Program-made: the position numbers and the translations under genes | Notes under the pieces: generated by a model | What the model was told of the DNA's origin: nothing | The model's input: only the letters and a program-made list of their open reading frames with translations | Databases searched by the model: none | In this document: positions 14,051 to 29,240 of the stretch, one piece after another | Position numbering within the stretch: position 1 is the stretch's first letter | How the letters are laid out: each line of letters starts with the position of its first letter | Assembly (NCBI GenBank): GCA_964016885.1 | Contig: OZ024750.1 | Coordinates: forward strand, 5,394,001-5,458,000 | Reading direction: 5' to 3' | From: Eledone cirrhosa | Lineage: Eukaryota | Length of the DNA stretch: 64,000 bases

Positions 14051-14846
14051 TTAACCCTTTAGCATTTACATTACTCTATATATACTATTGTATTTTGACA
14101 GTAAAGGTTTTATCTCACATAACATTTACATTACTCTATATATACTACTGTATTTTCACAGTAAAGGTTTTATCTCCCATAATATCTCACATAATATTTA
14201 CATTACTCTATATATATGATGACACATGACCGTGACCTCTGGCGTCACGCAGTAATACAGAGTACCCGACCTCCCATGGGTACAAGCTGAAGCATATAGA
14301 CAATATGCCCCCACCGCAAGGTGGTCGTGGAGGTGCCACGGCAAAAAAGCACCCAGCCCACGTGTAGGCGCCACGAAAAAGCACCCAGCACTCACTGTAA
14401 ATGAGGTTGGTGTTAGGAAGGGCATCCAGCTGTAGAAATCAAGCCAAATCAGTTCCTGTATGAGCAAGGCATGGTCAGCCGACCAGACACTGCCCACAAC
14501 AGGACAACCCGTCTAACCCATGCTAGCGTGGAAGAACGGACGTAAAACGGTGATGATGATGATGATGATGATGATGATACTACTGTATTTTCACAGTAAA
14601 GGTTTTATCTCCCATAATATCTCACATAACATTTACATTACTCTATATATACTATTGTATTTTCACAGTAAAGGTTTTATCTCCCATAATATTTCACATA
14701 ACATTTACTTTACTCTATATATACTATTGTATTTTCACAGTAAAGGCTTTATCTCACATAATATTGAATCTATGTGATTTTGAAAACAATACCTTAACAT
14801 CAGTATAAGGGGCCAGTTATGGCCTGTTTAAATGCTAAAGGGTTAA
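14051..14846 (+). mobile_element. piggyBac-type MITE family 1 with internal tandem duplications and a nested SINE (~14218-14578)
   Basis: Both TIRs and TTAA are present. The internal segment catttacattactctatatatact...tctcacataa is repeated about 5 times. The nested SINE ends in a (gat)n tail. Confidence 0.75.
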
Positions 14847-17800
14847 GCAAAATAAATAAAGGAAATGGAGCTATAAAAAGTTTTTTTTTTATTGATTTAT
14901 ATATAACTTTTATTTATTTTCTCCTTTTTTTTATTTTTGTCACAAATCATAACTATTCAAGTATATAGAGCCAATCAGTCGTAGAAAAATTAGTATTTAA
15001 AAAGTATATATATAACCTGAAAGTCCAGTTAAGCTAGTATTTGAAACTCAGTATTAGAGTGCATTGGCTGGCACCAGTGTGTTAAAATATGTTAATTATT
15101 GCATAGAACATAAATCTTTTATTTCAATTTTGTTTCCATATTTTTAGTGGTGGTGGTGGTGGAGGTGGTGGTGGTGGAGGTGGTGGTGGTGGTAATAACT
15201 AAACAGGTAATCAGCTGTAAGGATACATAGAGCTTTATGTTTAGTTAGCCAGGAAATACTGGAACCTTAAGCTCAAGTAAGACCCTCATTAACATAATGT
15301 TCAGTGTATATGAGATGATTCATCTACTTCATAAACACACACACACATGCATGCACACATACATATATCCTAGATCACATTAAAAAATCCCCAATCAATT
15401 GGTTCATTCATCAATCACTAGCTCACAGACATACTGATTTTTCTCTCTCCTTCTTCTATCACAATACCAAAAGCCTCTGTTGTACTGAATTTGCTAGTAG
15501 CATACCCTCTCTATCTATGTTCACCAGTCTCTTCTCTTCTTGTCGACTACACAGAATACTTTGTCAAATCCTTCCACCCAAATCTAGAATTCAGTCCCCT
15601 GTCAAATATTAGCTTACAGATGTTCAAGCTAAACAACATCAACTGTATTAATCTCACCAGTAAGGGAGGGTCTGAAAAAGTCATCAAGCATTGTTCTTGG
15701 TCCCCTGACAAACTCACATACAAAAGGTTTATGAAGATTTAATTCTTTTGATACTAAAAACCCTGAAACTGGTCTTGGTTTTAAAGTACTTATATTTATC
15801 TAAAACCCTTCTCCTTTGTCCACTTATTCCTGGAGGGTCATGGGGTTAGAGTCCTCAGGCATGACTTATAGCAGGTCCTGTCAGAAGCAACCATCTCTAA
15901 TTGACCTGACTGGATCCCCAAGTGAGACTAGCCAAGCTCATGGATGTTATCCAACCGTCTTGTTCAGGGTCTACTCCTGGGTCTCCTACCGGTTGGTTTT
16001 GCCTGTAAAATCTTTCCAGGAGTTCTTTCCTGAGACACTCTAACCACATACCCATAATATCAGAGCTGTAATCTCTCAAAGCGGCTCTTACTTTGTTAAG
16101 TTATGTTTCAAACACCAGTTTAATAACAAAAAGGTTAAAATAGATGAAAGATAAATCCTCCCTGGATAGGATACCAGTTATGTTTATACAGGTAAATATT
16201 ACAAAAAAAAAGATCTCTATAAAATAACTACATGACAGGGGGAATGCGGAATTGTGTCCTGTTCAGGGACATGAAATCATGGCCCATGAAAGGATAGTTC
16301 CATATATAACATCTTTGGTTACTATACTATGTAGCTAGACAATTGCAACAGATATGTCATCATTCTAATTTTGTTTCATCCCACAATCAATACCTAAATG
16401 TAATAGGTTTTTAACTTTCTTTGTACAGTGCATTATAACATCCAAATTTAGCATAGTGGAATGGGTTAAATATACATATTATTATAAAAATACATATTAT
16501 TTTCCCTTTTTTGGGGAGATTTTACCAAAATATGTTACAATTTTAGTCCATTTCTTATTTTATTCATTTTAACAACTTTTTAAATATAATCTAATGAAAT
16601 AAAATAATGTGTATAAGGCAAGATAAACCTATTGTAGAAAGAGAATACTGAACCTACATAAGTTATTGTTAGAGCTATATATTCTCTCAATTATATATCA
16701 CAAGTCTTTGCTGAGAGAACTGCTATGTCAAAAGGCATTGGACTATCAAATGGATAGCTGATGTTTCATATCTCGTTGGGGTTTCCCTGTATCTGCAGCC
16801 AATACACTGTGTTGGGCCAAACTACCTGGTTTTAAATAGGTACTATGAGCAGGTATAGTTCACTGAAGAAGCATTGTATAAGAAACATGTTTCATGAACT
16901 TATAATTCCAGTTCTTTAATTGGTCTGTGCAATGATTGAAGCCTTCACAGCACAACCATTTTAAACTAATTCTATTAGCACTTCACCAAAGTATATTTGA
17001 TATGAATGAGTTCCTATATAGAGACTGCCTTCTTGACTGGTTTTACTTTAATTAGGCATAAAATCCTAAAAGTATGTAAGTGGTCTTACTAATTTAGAGG
17101 GAATATATAGAGAAAACAAAGACACTTAAACTAGGAATAGATTCTAAGACTTCAGATTAAGTTTACCCATATGTTAGTTTAAAACAACACCATGTACACA
17201 TCCTAAATGTTTCAGAAATAATGTGAGTGTGCGTATATATGAGTATGTATGCATACTAACAATTATGCAAATAGTTAATTAGCTAACATGCATATATTAT
17301 TTGATTGAATAGCTAATAATATGTGAGCATACATGCAATCAGATGTGCATATATATATATAAATGTATTCATGGATGAACGCACAAGCAAGTGTGGATTA
17401 TCTACTATTTTACAGATATTTTTCTATATTTAAATGATTTTGAAAATTTGGACATTTGCAAATCTTTTTCAGCTGGATGGTCTCAATGAAATATGAGGAG
17501 GTAGACTGAGATAAGTAGAGAATTCTAGCTTGCATCAGGACACAACATAATGGCTATCATAGATATTGAACTCATGACAATATAACCTTAATCCAACCAA
17601 TGTATTACCTTATAGGTTCTGTTCCTTTTAATTTTAAGAATCTAGAGCATTTTAGGGTTCTTACATATTAGAAATGTCTTTATATCAACAAAATGTGCAT
17701 ATGTCTGTATTTACAGTAAATGTGGTTTTTCACATTCATTTCATAATTAATTAAACATTTTAATTATTCCTCTAGAAAACTAAATTATGCACAGGACACA

Positions 17801-18869
17801 CACTACCATCTTCCTGATGTACACCAGAGGCCAATAAAGCAGATAAGACCAGAATTATAGACACCACAGAGATTAGATATAAGTATCTCATACCTTAAAA
17901 ATTAGTGAGAAGCACCAGAACAGGTTTTGAATGAAAGAGTTATTGGGAATTGATTAGAAGAAATATATGACTTTAAACTTAAAGATTAAAAAAAAGCCTC
18001 TCCAAAATATATATTAAATATACTTCAAATGTTCATGATCATTCACAGAAGTGTGTAAGACTGATCATATATTTTTTCTGAGAGTTTCTCTCAAGAATGT
18101 GCAAAGACTATCTTGAAGTACACAGAAGTAGAAAAAAAAAACAACAAAAAAAAAACAAAACAAAAAAAAAAAAAAAAACACACAAAAAAAAAAACACAAA
18201 AAAAAACAAAAAAAACAAACAAACAAACAAATGAGAGACAGCACTGGGAGTTACGTTAAATTTTCAGGGAAATATTCCAAGTTTTTGTCTGAATTTAAAA
18301 GCAGACTATATTACTAACCATGTGTAAATATAATCAATTTAACAATCAAGAATATTTTTTAACAAAAACTTTTCACAGCCTATATTTTCCCCACTAAAAG
18401 AAAACAAAACAAAAATGTGTTTTTTGTCTTGTTTTTACATTTCTCAAAAAATATTGTAGAAAAAAGTACAGTATCTTCATAATATTTTGTGGGTGTGAAT
18501 AGATATGGTAATTTATTATTTTGGAAATTATTTCAAAGTATGAATAATTAATTTGAAAATAATAACAATTTTTAATTTCCTTTTTTTTGAACACCAATGT
18601 TTAGTTTTAACAACAAATTATGACTGCGTTTATCATTATAATAATAATAATAACTAATATAATTTTGTAGCGAATAGGAATGTTGTTTTAAATATGATTT
18701 GAAGTTATCATTCTTTTTCATTTTACTTAGAAAAAACTTCCATTCTGAAATGTAATGTCTCTTCATATATTTCCATATAGTAAAAATATTACAACAAATC
18801 GTGAAATTCAATTGAATTGTAAATCTGATGCATGCATATGGGTGAAAATGTATGTGTATGTATGCATGT

Positions 18870-18912
<43 letters not shown>

Positions 18913-18915
<3 letters not shown>

Positions 18916-19035
18916 GGTGGCACAAAAGTTGCAATACATAGGAAATTTTTAAGTTTCCATATTTATTTATTTTGAATAAATTGTTTCTTATAAAACATAA
19001 TTATTTTTTTTATGTATCGCAACTTTTGGTCCACC

Positions 19036-19038
<3 letters not shown>
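18913..19038. mobile_element. Tc1/mariner-type MITE in (TA)n
   Basis: TIR CAGGGTGGCACAAAAGTTGCAATACATA / TATGTATCGCAACTTTTGGTCCACCCTG, flanked by TA. Confidence 0.75.
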
Positions 19039-19112
<74 letters not shown>

Positions 19113-20030
19113 AGAAGCTTAGTTGATGCAGAAATATAGAAATAAATAATTCAGCATATATGTAAATAGGTGTCTAAAAAGTAGAAAACTTAGTGCTCCT
19201 GTTTGAAGAGATGAATCCAGAATAACTACACACATAAATGGATTCAAATTAAACAGGTTAGAAATATAAATAAAACAAACATGATAGAACCAGAACCGTA
19301 AGAAATCTTCGGGCTGAAACCTCTTTTTATAAGTCTGAAATAATCTAAACTAATACCAGAAAATAAGAAGAGAAAACAAAGAATCTATAAAACTATGTAG
19401 AAATAATCCTAGAAAGGATATACAATGAATCAACAAATTTTTCAGTAAACTCCATTGATTTCTGATCTCAGTTATGAACATAGATTTTGCTCTGAAATCA
19501 TAAATTACCATAAACGGCTTGGTTTATCTCATAATTATTTACAATAATCAAGACCAAGAAAACAGTGAGGAAACTGGGAATATTTCGATTCTTCCTAAGA
19601 TAATAACTTTAAAAAAAAAACTATAATTATTAATGTCTTTATTTTTTGTTCACAATGTTGAAGAATAAATTCAAAAGAATGGAAAGATTAAAAAAAAAAT
19701 GAGGAGGGATTTCAATAGCTATGCCCTTTGTAGACAGTAAGTTCAAGGAACTAAAGATACCAAAGAGAACAAGAGAAAATATGATTGGTACATTGTCAGG
19801 GGTAATTTGAGAGCTCCTAGCTCACTGATTGTTACTCAATGATAAAAACTGGCATCATTCCTATACAAAAATTATCTTACCCCAATAGACTTATTATCAA
19901 AATATAAGTTTCAACCTCAAGTGAACTTGGACTAAAAGTTGCTAATCTAAGATAGCATAAAGTATCTAGTCTAACACATATCTCAAACAATGAGGTGGCT
20001 TATATCATAATAGAGAAAACATGTCTTTCT

Positions 20031-20282
20031 TTAACTCTTAACATCCTGTAATGATTTAGCAGAAAATATCTAAAAATGGGTTTAGTAATTCAAATATCTA
20101 AAAACAGGTTTGGTAATTTAAATGTTTATAGTATTTTTATTATTGGACAGATCGTTGTGAAAATGTGTACTATTAAAGTAAATATTTTAATTCTTTTAAT
20201 ATGATACAGTCAGAGTGTTTTTATACTTTTCAAGAATGTCTTGCTAATGTGGTTTCATGTGGAACAGGATGTTAAAAGTTAA
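20031..20282 (+). mobile_element. TTAA-flanked MITE family 2 (other copies 12597-13030 and 30171-30384)
   Basis: TIR TTAACTCTTAACATC...GATGTTAAAAGTTAA; three similar copies in the window. Confidence 0.65.
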
Positions 20283-21582
20283 GGAAGGAAAAAACATAAA
20301 TAATCCCAATGAACTTTTCTTCATAAGTTATATTTGAAGATATCAGAGGTGAAGGAATTTTTGTCATAGATTGGAAACCATTTGCAGGTTCTTCTCAGAG
20401 TTTTACTCATAAAATACACAGAATGCATGCTTTACAATGTGTAAATTCATTCCGGAAATGATTAAAAGTTAATATGAAAATAGAAGTATCCATTAAATAG
20501 ATGAAATTAATCTTTATAATGTAAGTGTGTGTGTAAATATTATATAAGCTTATATATATACATACATACATCTATACATATATGTATATATACATTATAT
20601 ATATATATATACATATATCTATACATATATGTATATATATATTATATATACATATACATTATATATATATACATATATCTATACATATATGTATATATAC
20701 ATTATATATATACATATATATACCTATACATATATATACATTATATATATACATATATATACCTATACATATATATACATTATATATATATATACATATA
20801 CATATATATACATATATATACACATATATATACATACATATATATATATACATACATATACATACGTATATATATACATATATATACATACATATATATA
20901 TATACATACATTTATATACATACATACATATACATATGTATATATATATATACATACATATACATACATATATATATACATATATATACATACATATATA
21001 TATATATATAAAAATGAAGTGTCTGCATGAGTGTAAGTAAATGTGACTATGTACAATAAGTCGTATATTCTTTAGACGAAAATATCTATTTAAGAATGTC
21101 TGTCCTAACTTGGATGTAATTTAGTCACTTCTGTAATATAAAATGATAAAATATATTGATCTAGATATACCTTAATTAGATTTGAGAGAATAATACATAC
21201 ATCACATATATATATATAATATATATATATATAATATATATATATATAATATATATATATATAAGGAAAAAAGATATATAGAGATGATATCTATATATAT
21301 ATATATTATATATATATAGATATATATATTATATATTATATATATATATATATATATCCGTTATTCTTAATCCAATGTTAGAATGATTCATGGATGATAA
21401 ATATTAAATATGAGAATTGTAGGCAAAATGTCAAATGGGAAAACAAATCACATTTTGGGTTTCGAAGGTTAGGTAGAAGCTTTTACCAAATACCACACAA
21501 AGACTGCCTACATTTACCAAACAATACATAAAGACACCCTACTTTCCAACCACAACACATATACACACTATAACTATATAAT

Positions 21583-21765
21583 TATTTCTACTTTTGGCAC
21601 AAGGCCAGCAATTATCCCAGTGTATTACTGGTACTTTATTTTATCGACCCCGTAAGGATGAAAGACAAAGTTAACCTCGACAGGATTTGAACTCAGACCA
21701 TAAAGGGCCGTAACTCTATGCTGCAAAGCATGGCGTCCGACCCTCTACCGATACTGCCAATCCAC
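21583..21765 (-). mobile_element. SINE family A
   Basis: Similarity to 48420-48600. Confidence 0.8.
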
Positions 21766-24700
21766 ATAACACATTAAACATATAAAACATTACAATCCAA
21801 AGTTAGAAATACAGATTGTGGAACATTTGAATAACTGCATCATTTAAACATTCAGTACTTCAGAATGGAAAAAATGTACAATTTAAACACACACGTATAC
21901 ACACACAGAAGCAAGATATGCTAACCTTATTTAGAGAGATTAACACACATTTGTATAGTACAGAGATAGATAGATTTACTTAATGCATATCTCAATATAA
22001 TTCATGCAAGAATTTAGTGAGCAACTGATACCTAAAGTTATAAGGTTTCACCTCCATTAACACATTTTTCAGATTATTTCAGAGCATGCTCATGGAATGT
22101 GAAATCAAACTAATATCTTCAAGCTAAATTTGTGTATACACACACGCATACTCATACAAACACACACAATTTATTACACTACTGCCAGAATAGCATATTG
22201 GTTATAATTATTTCACTCTGTAATTTGCAATTATATATATATATATTTACATATATATATATATACACACAAACACATATGCCACCCCCACTTATGCATA
22301 GCCATACATATGCACACGTTAAAAAAAAAAAATATATATATATATATACATTCATACATACAGAGAGACAGACACTCAAGTTCATTAACAGAATCTATTT
22401 TATATGTCCAGAAACATTAGGTATATCTGCAACCCAAAACAATATATGAATTCAACATTAACCGGGAAGCATTCATATTTAGACACAATTTATGCAAGAA
22501 GACCATTGACAGTGAAAAAGATACTGTTGTACCATGCTTGATTTGCAAGTTCTTATTATTCTGGTCCTTTGCCAAAAGATATTGAAATATGTACTTATGC
22601 ATACCATCTTCAAGAATGGAAGCCTTTACTGATAAGAGGAAATTATAATAAATGATTCACTCTATAATATCTTGAATACATTTCTCTTTTGAGTGAGCAT
22701 TAGTAAAGGTGTTTAAAACCAGAGTCAGTGGAGAGATCACCTCCTGCAAGACACTTCAACCTTTTCTTGACATTGATTTAAGCTTGCTTGTCTCAATATT
22801 TTCTCTTCAGACATGTATCTATCTGTAACTGATTTCTTAGATCATTTCATTTATATATACTAGTTCACATGATACATCATAAGAAGCATGATATATCAAC
22901 TAAACTGATCTTACCAATTTATCAAGATAACCCAGTTCAAGAAAACCTAATTAGAAATTAAGTACTGACTTTCCTACTTAGACAAACAACCAAATATATA
23001 TATATATTTCCACTTCTTAGGATTTTGTATTAGAAGTTAAAATAATTAAAATCTTTCTCAAGCTTAAAATCTCATCAGACTGGAACTTATTCCAGTTTCA
23101 TGTCTTAATGAGCAACAGAAAGTATAAGACTGGGCTGGACGTTAGTTCAATGCAAAATTAACCCCCAGCTCCTGCTGTTGGTACTTTTTTTCAGCTGTGT
23201 AGACTGGAGCAAAGTGAAATGAAGTGTCTTGCTTAAGGACTCAAGGTGTCATATATAACAGTGGGATTGTATAAACAATATTAAACTAATAAAACAGAGA
23301 AGATTGATACAAATCTAAATTTCCATATTTGAATACTCTAGTAACTACTAAATTTATACTATAACACAACCTAATGAATTTCCTTTCTTAGTTAATTTAA
23401 AAACTTACATTAAAACATTTTAAACTTAAACAACCAAAAGTTTAATCCATAACATATCTGAGAGGTGGAGAAGATCTATGATACTGAAGAGTATGATCTG
23501 TTTTGGGGCATATGGTGAAGAGATTTGTTAAATGAATGGTACTCCTCCACTCCATCTTAAGAAAATACAACTAAATAAGAAACTGGAAGGTTATATTTAA
23601 TTAAAACATCTTCATTTGATTGTTCTGTTATCAAAAATACCAACAACATCAATAAAACATAGATACAATTCAAATAGTTTATCAAACATTTTTTTGAATA
23701 CCATCAGAAAAGAATTAAGAAATGTCCTTTAAAATATCCAGAAAGTAAAATACAGATTCTATTCCTTCAAATATATAAACATGGTCAAAATCTTCAAACT
23801 GACTATGCTCTAAAGCTGAAGGATCTGAGATCTGAGATCTGAGATCACTGTTGGAAACATAAATGAATACAGCAGATGTCTTCCAGAGAAGGAAAGAGAA
23901 TGAGAGAATGGAAGTGAGAAAGAGATATAGAGGAAGAATCAACCCCAGTACTTGACTGGTACTTTAAGTGGATGAAAGGCAAAGTTGACTTTGGCGAGAT
24001 TTGAACTGAGAGAGCAGAGAGCCTAAATACCCCAAAGCAATCTACCCAATGTTCTAACAAATCTGCCAGTTCACTGCCCTTGTATACAACACATTAATTA
24101 TGAAATACAGTGATCTCTTTTTTCTTGATTTAAAGTAGGTTTGAAAACTTCCTGATGGCATAGTTCAATATAGTAATAACAACTTCTCTACTGAATTCTA
24201 AAAAAATGATATTTTCTGTAGATAACATTCTCAATTCTAGTCTTTTCTGCAGTCATTCAATTTATGTCCTTAAAAATAATATACAGCTGAATAAGAACTA
24301 GTTTACAATTATATAGTTTGGCAATGTCAACTAAATTTATATGATAAATTACATCAGATTAAAAGTTGAGAGACAATAAATAGGAACTATTGGAAAACCA
24401 CCGACTTTTCGAATCAAAGAATATTTATTTAATAATCAATCTACATTGTAAATAACTATATTAAATATTGTTGTTCACTATATAAAGAACTGGACACAAA
24501 ATATACATCATATCAACTTATAAAATCCCCCAAGATTAAAATGCATAAGAATCTGCCCTCGCAAAATCTGAACACACAAAAATATCTAAGACAATCATCT
24601 CAATGGAGTAAGAATACAAGACATTAATTTTAATAGGGCCAGAATACTACATTCAAAGATATTTAAGAATAAACAAATTCTAACTCATTTAAATTACATT

Positions 24701-26374
24701 CCCCCAAATATTGCAAACATTTAAAAAATTCTTTGTTCAAACAGATAAAGAAAACCAATTTTAACCCCATGTCAAAAAGGTGGCACTATTATGTTAGCCT
24801 TGGTCAGAGTTTACAGTTGACTAAAATTTGTTTTTAGCAGTGTTTGTATGTAAAAATGTATAACACTTGTTGCTAACATTTGTTGCTTAAATATAGTGCA
24901 GTTAAGGCATTATGGTATTACTGACAATAGTTACATGGAAATGGAGCTATGGGAAACTAAACTGTAGTAATAATATAAATTTTAAAGAACAAAATAAAAA
25001 TAGAATTGGATAACTGATCTCACTCTATAAATTACTGATTTCCTAGTGTTTAACCACTGTGTTGAGACACAGAAGTATATTGAGTAAGTATGGGCTGCAG
25101 TTGTGCCAAGAGTTTCCGAGGAAAGTTAGAAAATGTTAAGATATTTAAAAAACTTGAATGTATTTAATGCACTGTGTTGGTGCATGTGTATTCCTTCACA
25201 CCAAAAATGTAATGCATGCATCCATCTCTGTTTTAAAACAATTTCGATACTTGTTTTTTTTTTTTTTTATATATATATAAGAAAACTTAAAAAAAAAAAG
25301 CTGATGGAGTGCCATACCAGTTTTAACGCCATATTCTGTGTGCCATGGAAGCTGCTGCTTTAATGAGGGCAACAGTTCAAGGAAGAAGAGGAGACTTAAT
25401 ATATTTACTTGATAAACTCACCATATACAGTTACCATCTGTTTCATTTAGCTATCATTATTATAGAATTATATAATTTATTGTGGCCAATAAATGAAATC
25501 ATTATTATAGAATAAAAGAGGCTCTTGTGGCTAATATAGAAATAATTATTATAGGATAAAAGTTGCATCAAATTCTGTTAAATCCAGCTTTTTTGCCTTT
25601 ATCAATGAGCAGCAGTGGTTTTTAGTTGGCAATCAAATAAGTTAATCTCATTTTAAAGCCATGTCAATAATAGGCAACCAGAAGTACAATACTTAGTGCA
25701 GGGTCTTATTTTTAACAATGTACATATATATATTATTTGTAAGTCACAAAATTAACTCTTAATTTAGTGGTTTCTTTCTCTTAGTTATTTGTTCTTGTTT
25801 CAATTATAATTTTTTACAAATATTCAATCACAACTCGTTTATTAATACACACATACATACACACACACAGAAAAAGGCAGGAGGAGTGAATTAGTATTAA
25901 ATCCAAATTGTTTTATACTTATGACTAAACAACATGGACAAGCTGGGTAGGATTGCTGAATAGGAAAGAGTTTAAAATATAAATATTTATGGGTTGTTAG
26001 GGGAAGATTAACTAGAATATAAGATAGATGAAAGGAATGATAAAGTATTCTTAAATTTGTGAAAGTAAAACTTCCAACTAATACAAATAAAAGAAGAAAG
26101 TTTAGCATAACAGCTCAGCAGAAAGAGGCACTTTCTTAAACTTAGAAATATCATAAATAATTGTATAGACACTTTAAAAATCTATGGATTGCATCTATGT
26201 GAAATTGGTAGAATTAGCAGAAAAATGTTCAGTTATTTACAATTTATAAATAGGCAATAAAATAAAGTTACAGTTTCTTCTACCAAAGTTCATCTAATTT
26301 TTTTTTAAGGCTTCCAATATTATTGAATATTAATAATAATGCTTCAACTGTTAAAATTAAAATGGCAGCTCCAT

Positions 26375-26590
26375 TTAACCCTTTAGCATTTACATTACTC
26401 TATATATACTATTGTATTTTCGTGGTAAAGGCTTTATCTCACATAATATCGAATCTATGAGATTTTGATATTATTTATTTTGACAACAATACCTTAATAT
26501 CAGTATGCGTGGCCGGTTATGGCCAGTTTGAATAGAAAGAGGTGAGGGAATTCTGGCCGGAGACTGCCGGTTTAAATGCTAAAGGCTTAA
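26375..26590 (+). mobile_element. piggyBac-type MITE family 1 (representative intact copy)
   Basis: TTAA target sites, TIR CCCTTTAGCATTTA...TAAATGCTAAAGG and no ORF. Confidence 0.8.
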
Positions 26591-26928
26591 AGCTGCAAAA
26601 GGAGGAGAGAAATGAAAGATTTCATTCAGAACTTCAAAAGAAAACAATAAACAATACAGTATAACAAACCATTACGGCATTCAAGATTCTCTTTTTTTCT
26701 TTTTGCAAATTCGTAGACACATTCATTAAATTTAGTTTTTCAAATCCATGTAGATTATGTAAAATAAATCCATTTTTATAATGCATATAATTAAATTTAA
26801 TTTGATCATATCAAATGTAAGAATCTTGTTCGAAATATTCCGAAACAAAAGGCAAACAGAGAGGAAGATGCACAGTTTTTTTTTCAACAACTATAAAAAT
26901 GAATATTGAATATTTCTAGAAGAAATCT

Positions 26929-26985
<57 letters not shown>

Positions 26986-27295
26986 TATATATATATACAC
27001 TATATATATATATATACTATATACATATATACTATATATATATATACTATATACATATATACTATATACATATATACTATATATATACTATATATATATA
27101 TACTATATATATACTATATATATATACTATATATATACACTATATATATACACTATATATATATATACTATATATATATATGTGTGTGTGTATATATGTA
27201 TATATTTATGTATGTATATATACATATGTATATATATGTATATATATATATGTATATATTTATGTATGTATATATACATATGTATATATATGTAG

Positions 27296-27341
<46 letters not shown>

Positions 27342-27354
27342 GTATGTTATATTC

Positions 27355-27416
<62 letters not shown>

Positions 27417-27702
27417 ATATATATATATACACACACATACATATATATATATACCTATATATATATTTATATTTATACATATATATATATATTTATATTT
27501 TGTTTCTGAATTTGTTTAGCAAGATTCTTTATCTGAAATTGTGTGTTGAAACCGATATTGTTATACTTTGGGAGGGTCATGTTGCCAGTAAGAAACAGAC
27601 GCACCAGTTGCTTTCACTTCAATTTATTATAATAAATTTATAATAAATTTATAAATTTCTGGTTGGTTGGTTGGTTCCACAACCAGATAGTTGTTTATAT
27701 AT

Positions 27703-27747
27703 AGTCATAGTTCTTTCGTCACACACTCTGTGACCTCTTCAGTGACC
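27703..27747 (-). ncRNA. Type I hammerhead ribozyme motif (mirror copy in left palindrome arm)
   Basis: Reverse complement of 27858-27902 with one change in stem I (GGUCA, giving a G-U pair). Confidence 0.72.
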
Positions 27748-27857
27748 GGGGATTCCTTTCTTTGTTTCTGTGCCTCTCCTTTGTTCTGTCCTACGCCATT
27801 TTGTTTCTGTGTAGGACAGAACAAAGGAGAGGCACAGAAACAAAGAAAGGAATCCCC

Positions 27858-27902
27858 AGTCACTGAAGAGGTCACAGAGTGTGTGACGAAAGAACTATGA
27901 CT
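27858..27902 (+). ncRNA. Type I hammerhead ribozyme motif
   Basis: AGUCA-CUGAAGA-G-GUCACA(GAGUG)UGUGAC-GAAA-G(AA)C-UA^UGACU. Stem I is AGUCA/UGACU, the core is intact, stem II has 6 bp plus one extra G, stem III is minimal and the cleavage triplet is CUA. Confidence 0.75.
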
Positions 27903-28078
27903 CTATATAAACAACTATCTGGTTGTGGAACCAACCAACCAACCAGAAATTTATAAATTTATTATAAATTTATTATAATAAATTGAAGTGAAAGCAACTG
28001 GTGCGTGTGTTTCTTACTGGCAACATGACCCTCCCAAAGTATAACAATATATATTTATATATATGTATGTATATATAC

Positions 28079-28153
<75 letters not shown>

Positions 28154-29051
28154 TACATATATATATATGTATATACATATATATGTGTGTGTGTGTTTAA
28201 TATGACCTTTAATTTTCTATTTTAGATAAATACAATCTCTATGAAGGCTGTTATGTGATTTTCAATAAATTTTAACATGCTATATGAATGCAATTCGTTA
28301 GGATACAAAAATTAATACAAAATAGTTAACTGCACTTTTAGTATTAAAGTTCAATGCTACAAAGAACCATTTCCAAACTAAATGGTAATCTCCCCACCCC
28401 ACCAAAAACAGGTTAAAAAATGCTAACACTATGCTTGTAAACATAAAAAAAGAACAAGAATTCCTGTTAAAAGAGTTATGTTGCCTTATAAGCAGACACT
28501 GCCCAGATAAGGGAAAACAAAAGAGCCATCTGTATTGAAATTAACAGAAATACACCTTATATATAAACATTAATACATTTCACATATCAAACAATTCAAC
28601 TCACCAATTCTTAAGAAATAAAGAGAAAATGATGGAGTTAATAAAACAAATCAAAATGAAGAGAAGACAATGAGGAATGAGATTAGTCATTGAAAAGGTC
28701 ACATAATGTGTGATGAAAGAACTTTGACTATTAAATAACTATCTTATTAATAAACTCACTGAGGAATGGATTAGTTACTTCACTGGTGTGTGTATGTGTA
28801 TGTGTTGGTTTATGACCCTCCCAAAGTACAATAATATCTGTTTCAACAAATTATTTCACATCAAGAATCTAGCAATACAAATACAAAAACGAAGTATATG
28901 GGAATCATTCCGTCATTACGCTAACAGAAGTCTGATGAGCTTTTTATTCCAGAGTCAGGCCCAATTGATAGAAATCGAATCTGACCAAATGTAATGAAAA
29001 TTTGACACCTCGCCCATGCTTAAAATAACAATAATAATAATAATAATAATA

Positions 29052-29240
29052 ATTGTTTCTTCTTTTGGCACAAGGCCAGCAATTATCCCAGTTAATTACT
29101 GGTACTTTATTTTATCGACCCTGTAAGGATGAAAGGCAAAGTTAACCTTGGCGGGATTTGAACTCAGATCATAAAGGGCCGTAACTCTATGCTGCAAAAC
29201 ATGGCATCCGACCTACCATTACTGCCAATCCACTGCCCTA
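29052..29240 (-). mobile_element. SINE family A
   Basis: Similarity to 48420-48600; (aat)n on both sides. Confidence 0.8.

Larger units (their letters stand above)
27500..28050. mobile_element. Palindromic hammerhead-bearing element in (TA)n (Penelope-like pLTR / retrozyme-like)
   Basis: 240-bp inverted arms 27555-27794 and 27811-28050 with about 3 mismatches and a 16-nt spacer, flanked by TA microsatellite. Related diverged fragments lie at ~28805-28890 and ~33395-33490. Confidence 0.7.

Noticed and set aside
28928-28990. C/D box snoRNA or hammerhead (tgatga...ctga)
   Set aside because: No convincing terminal stem, no stem II/III, and no guide target recognisable by eye.
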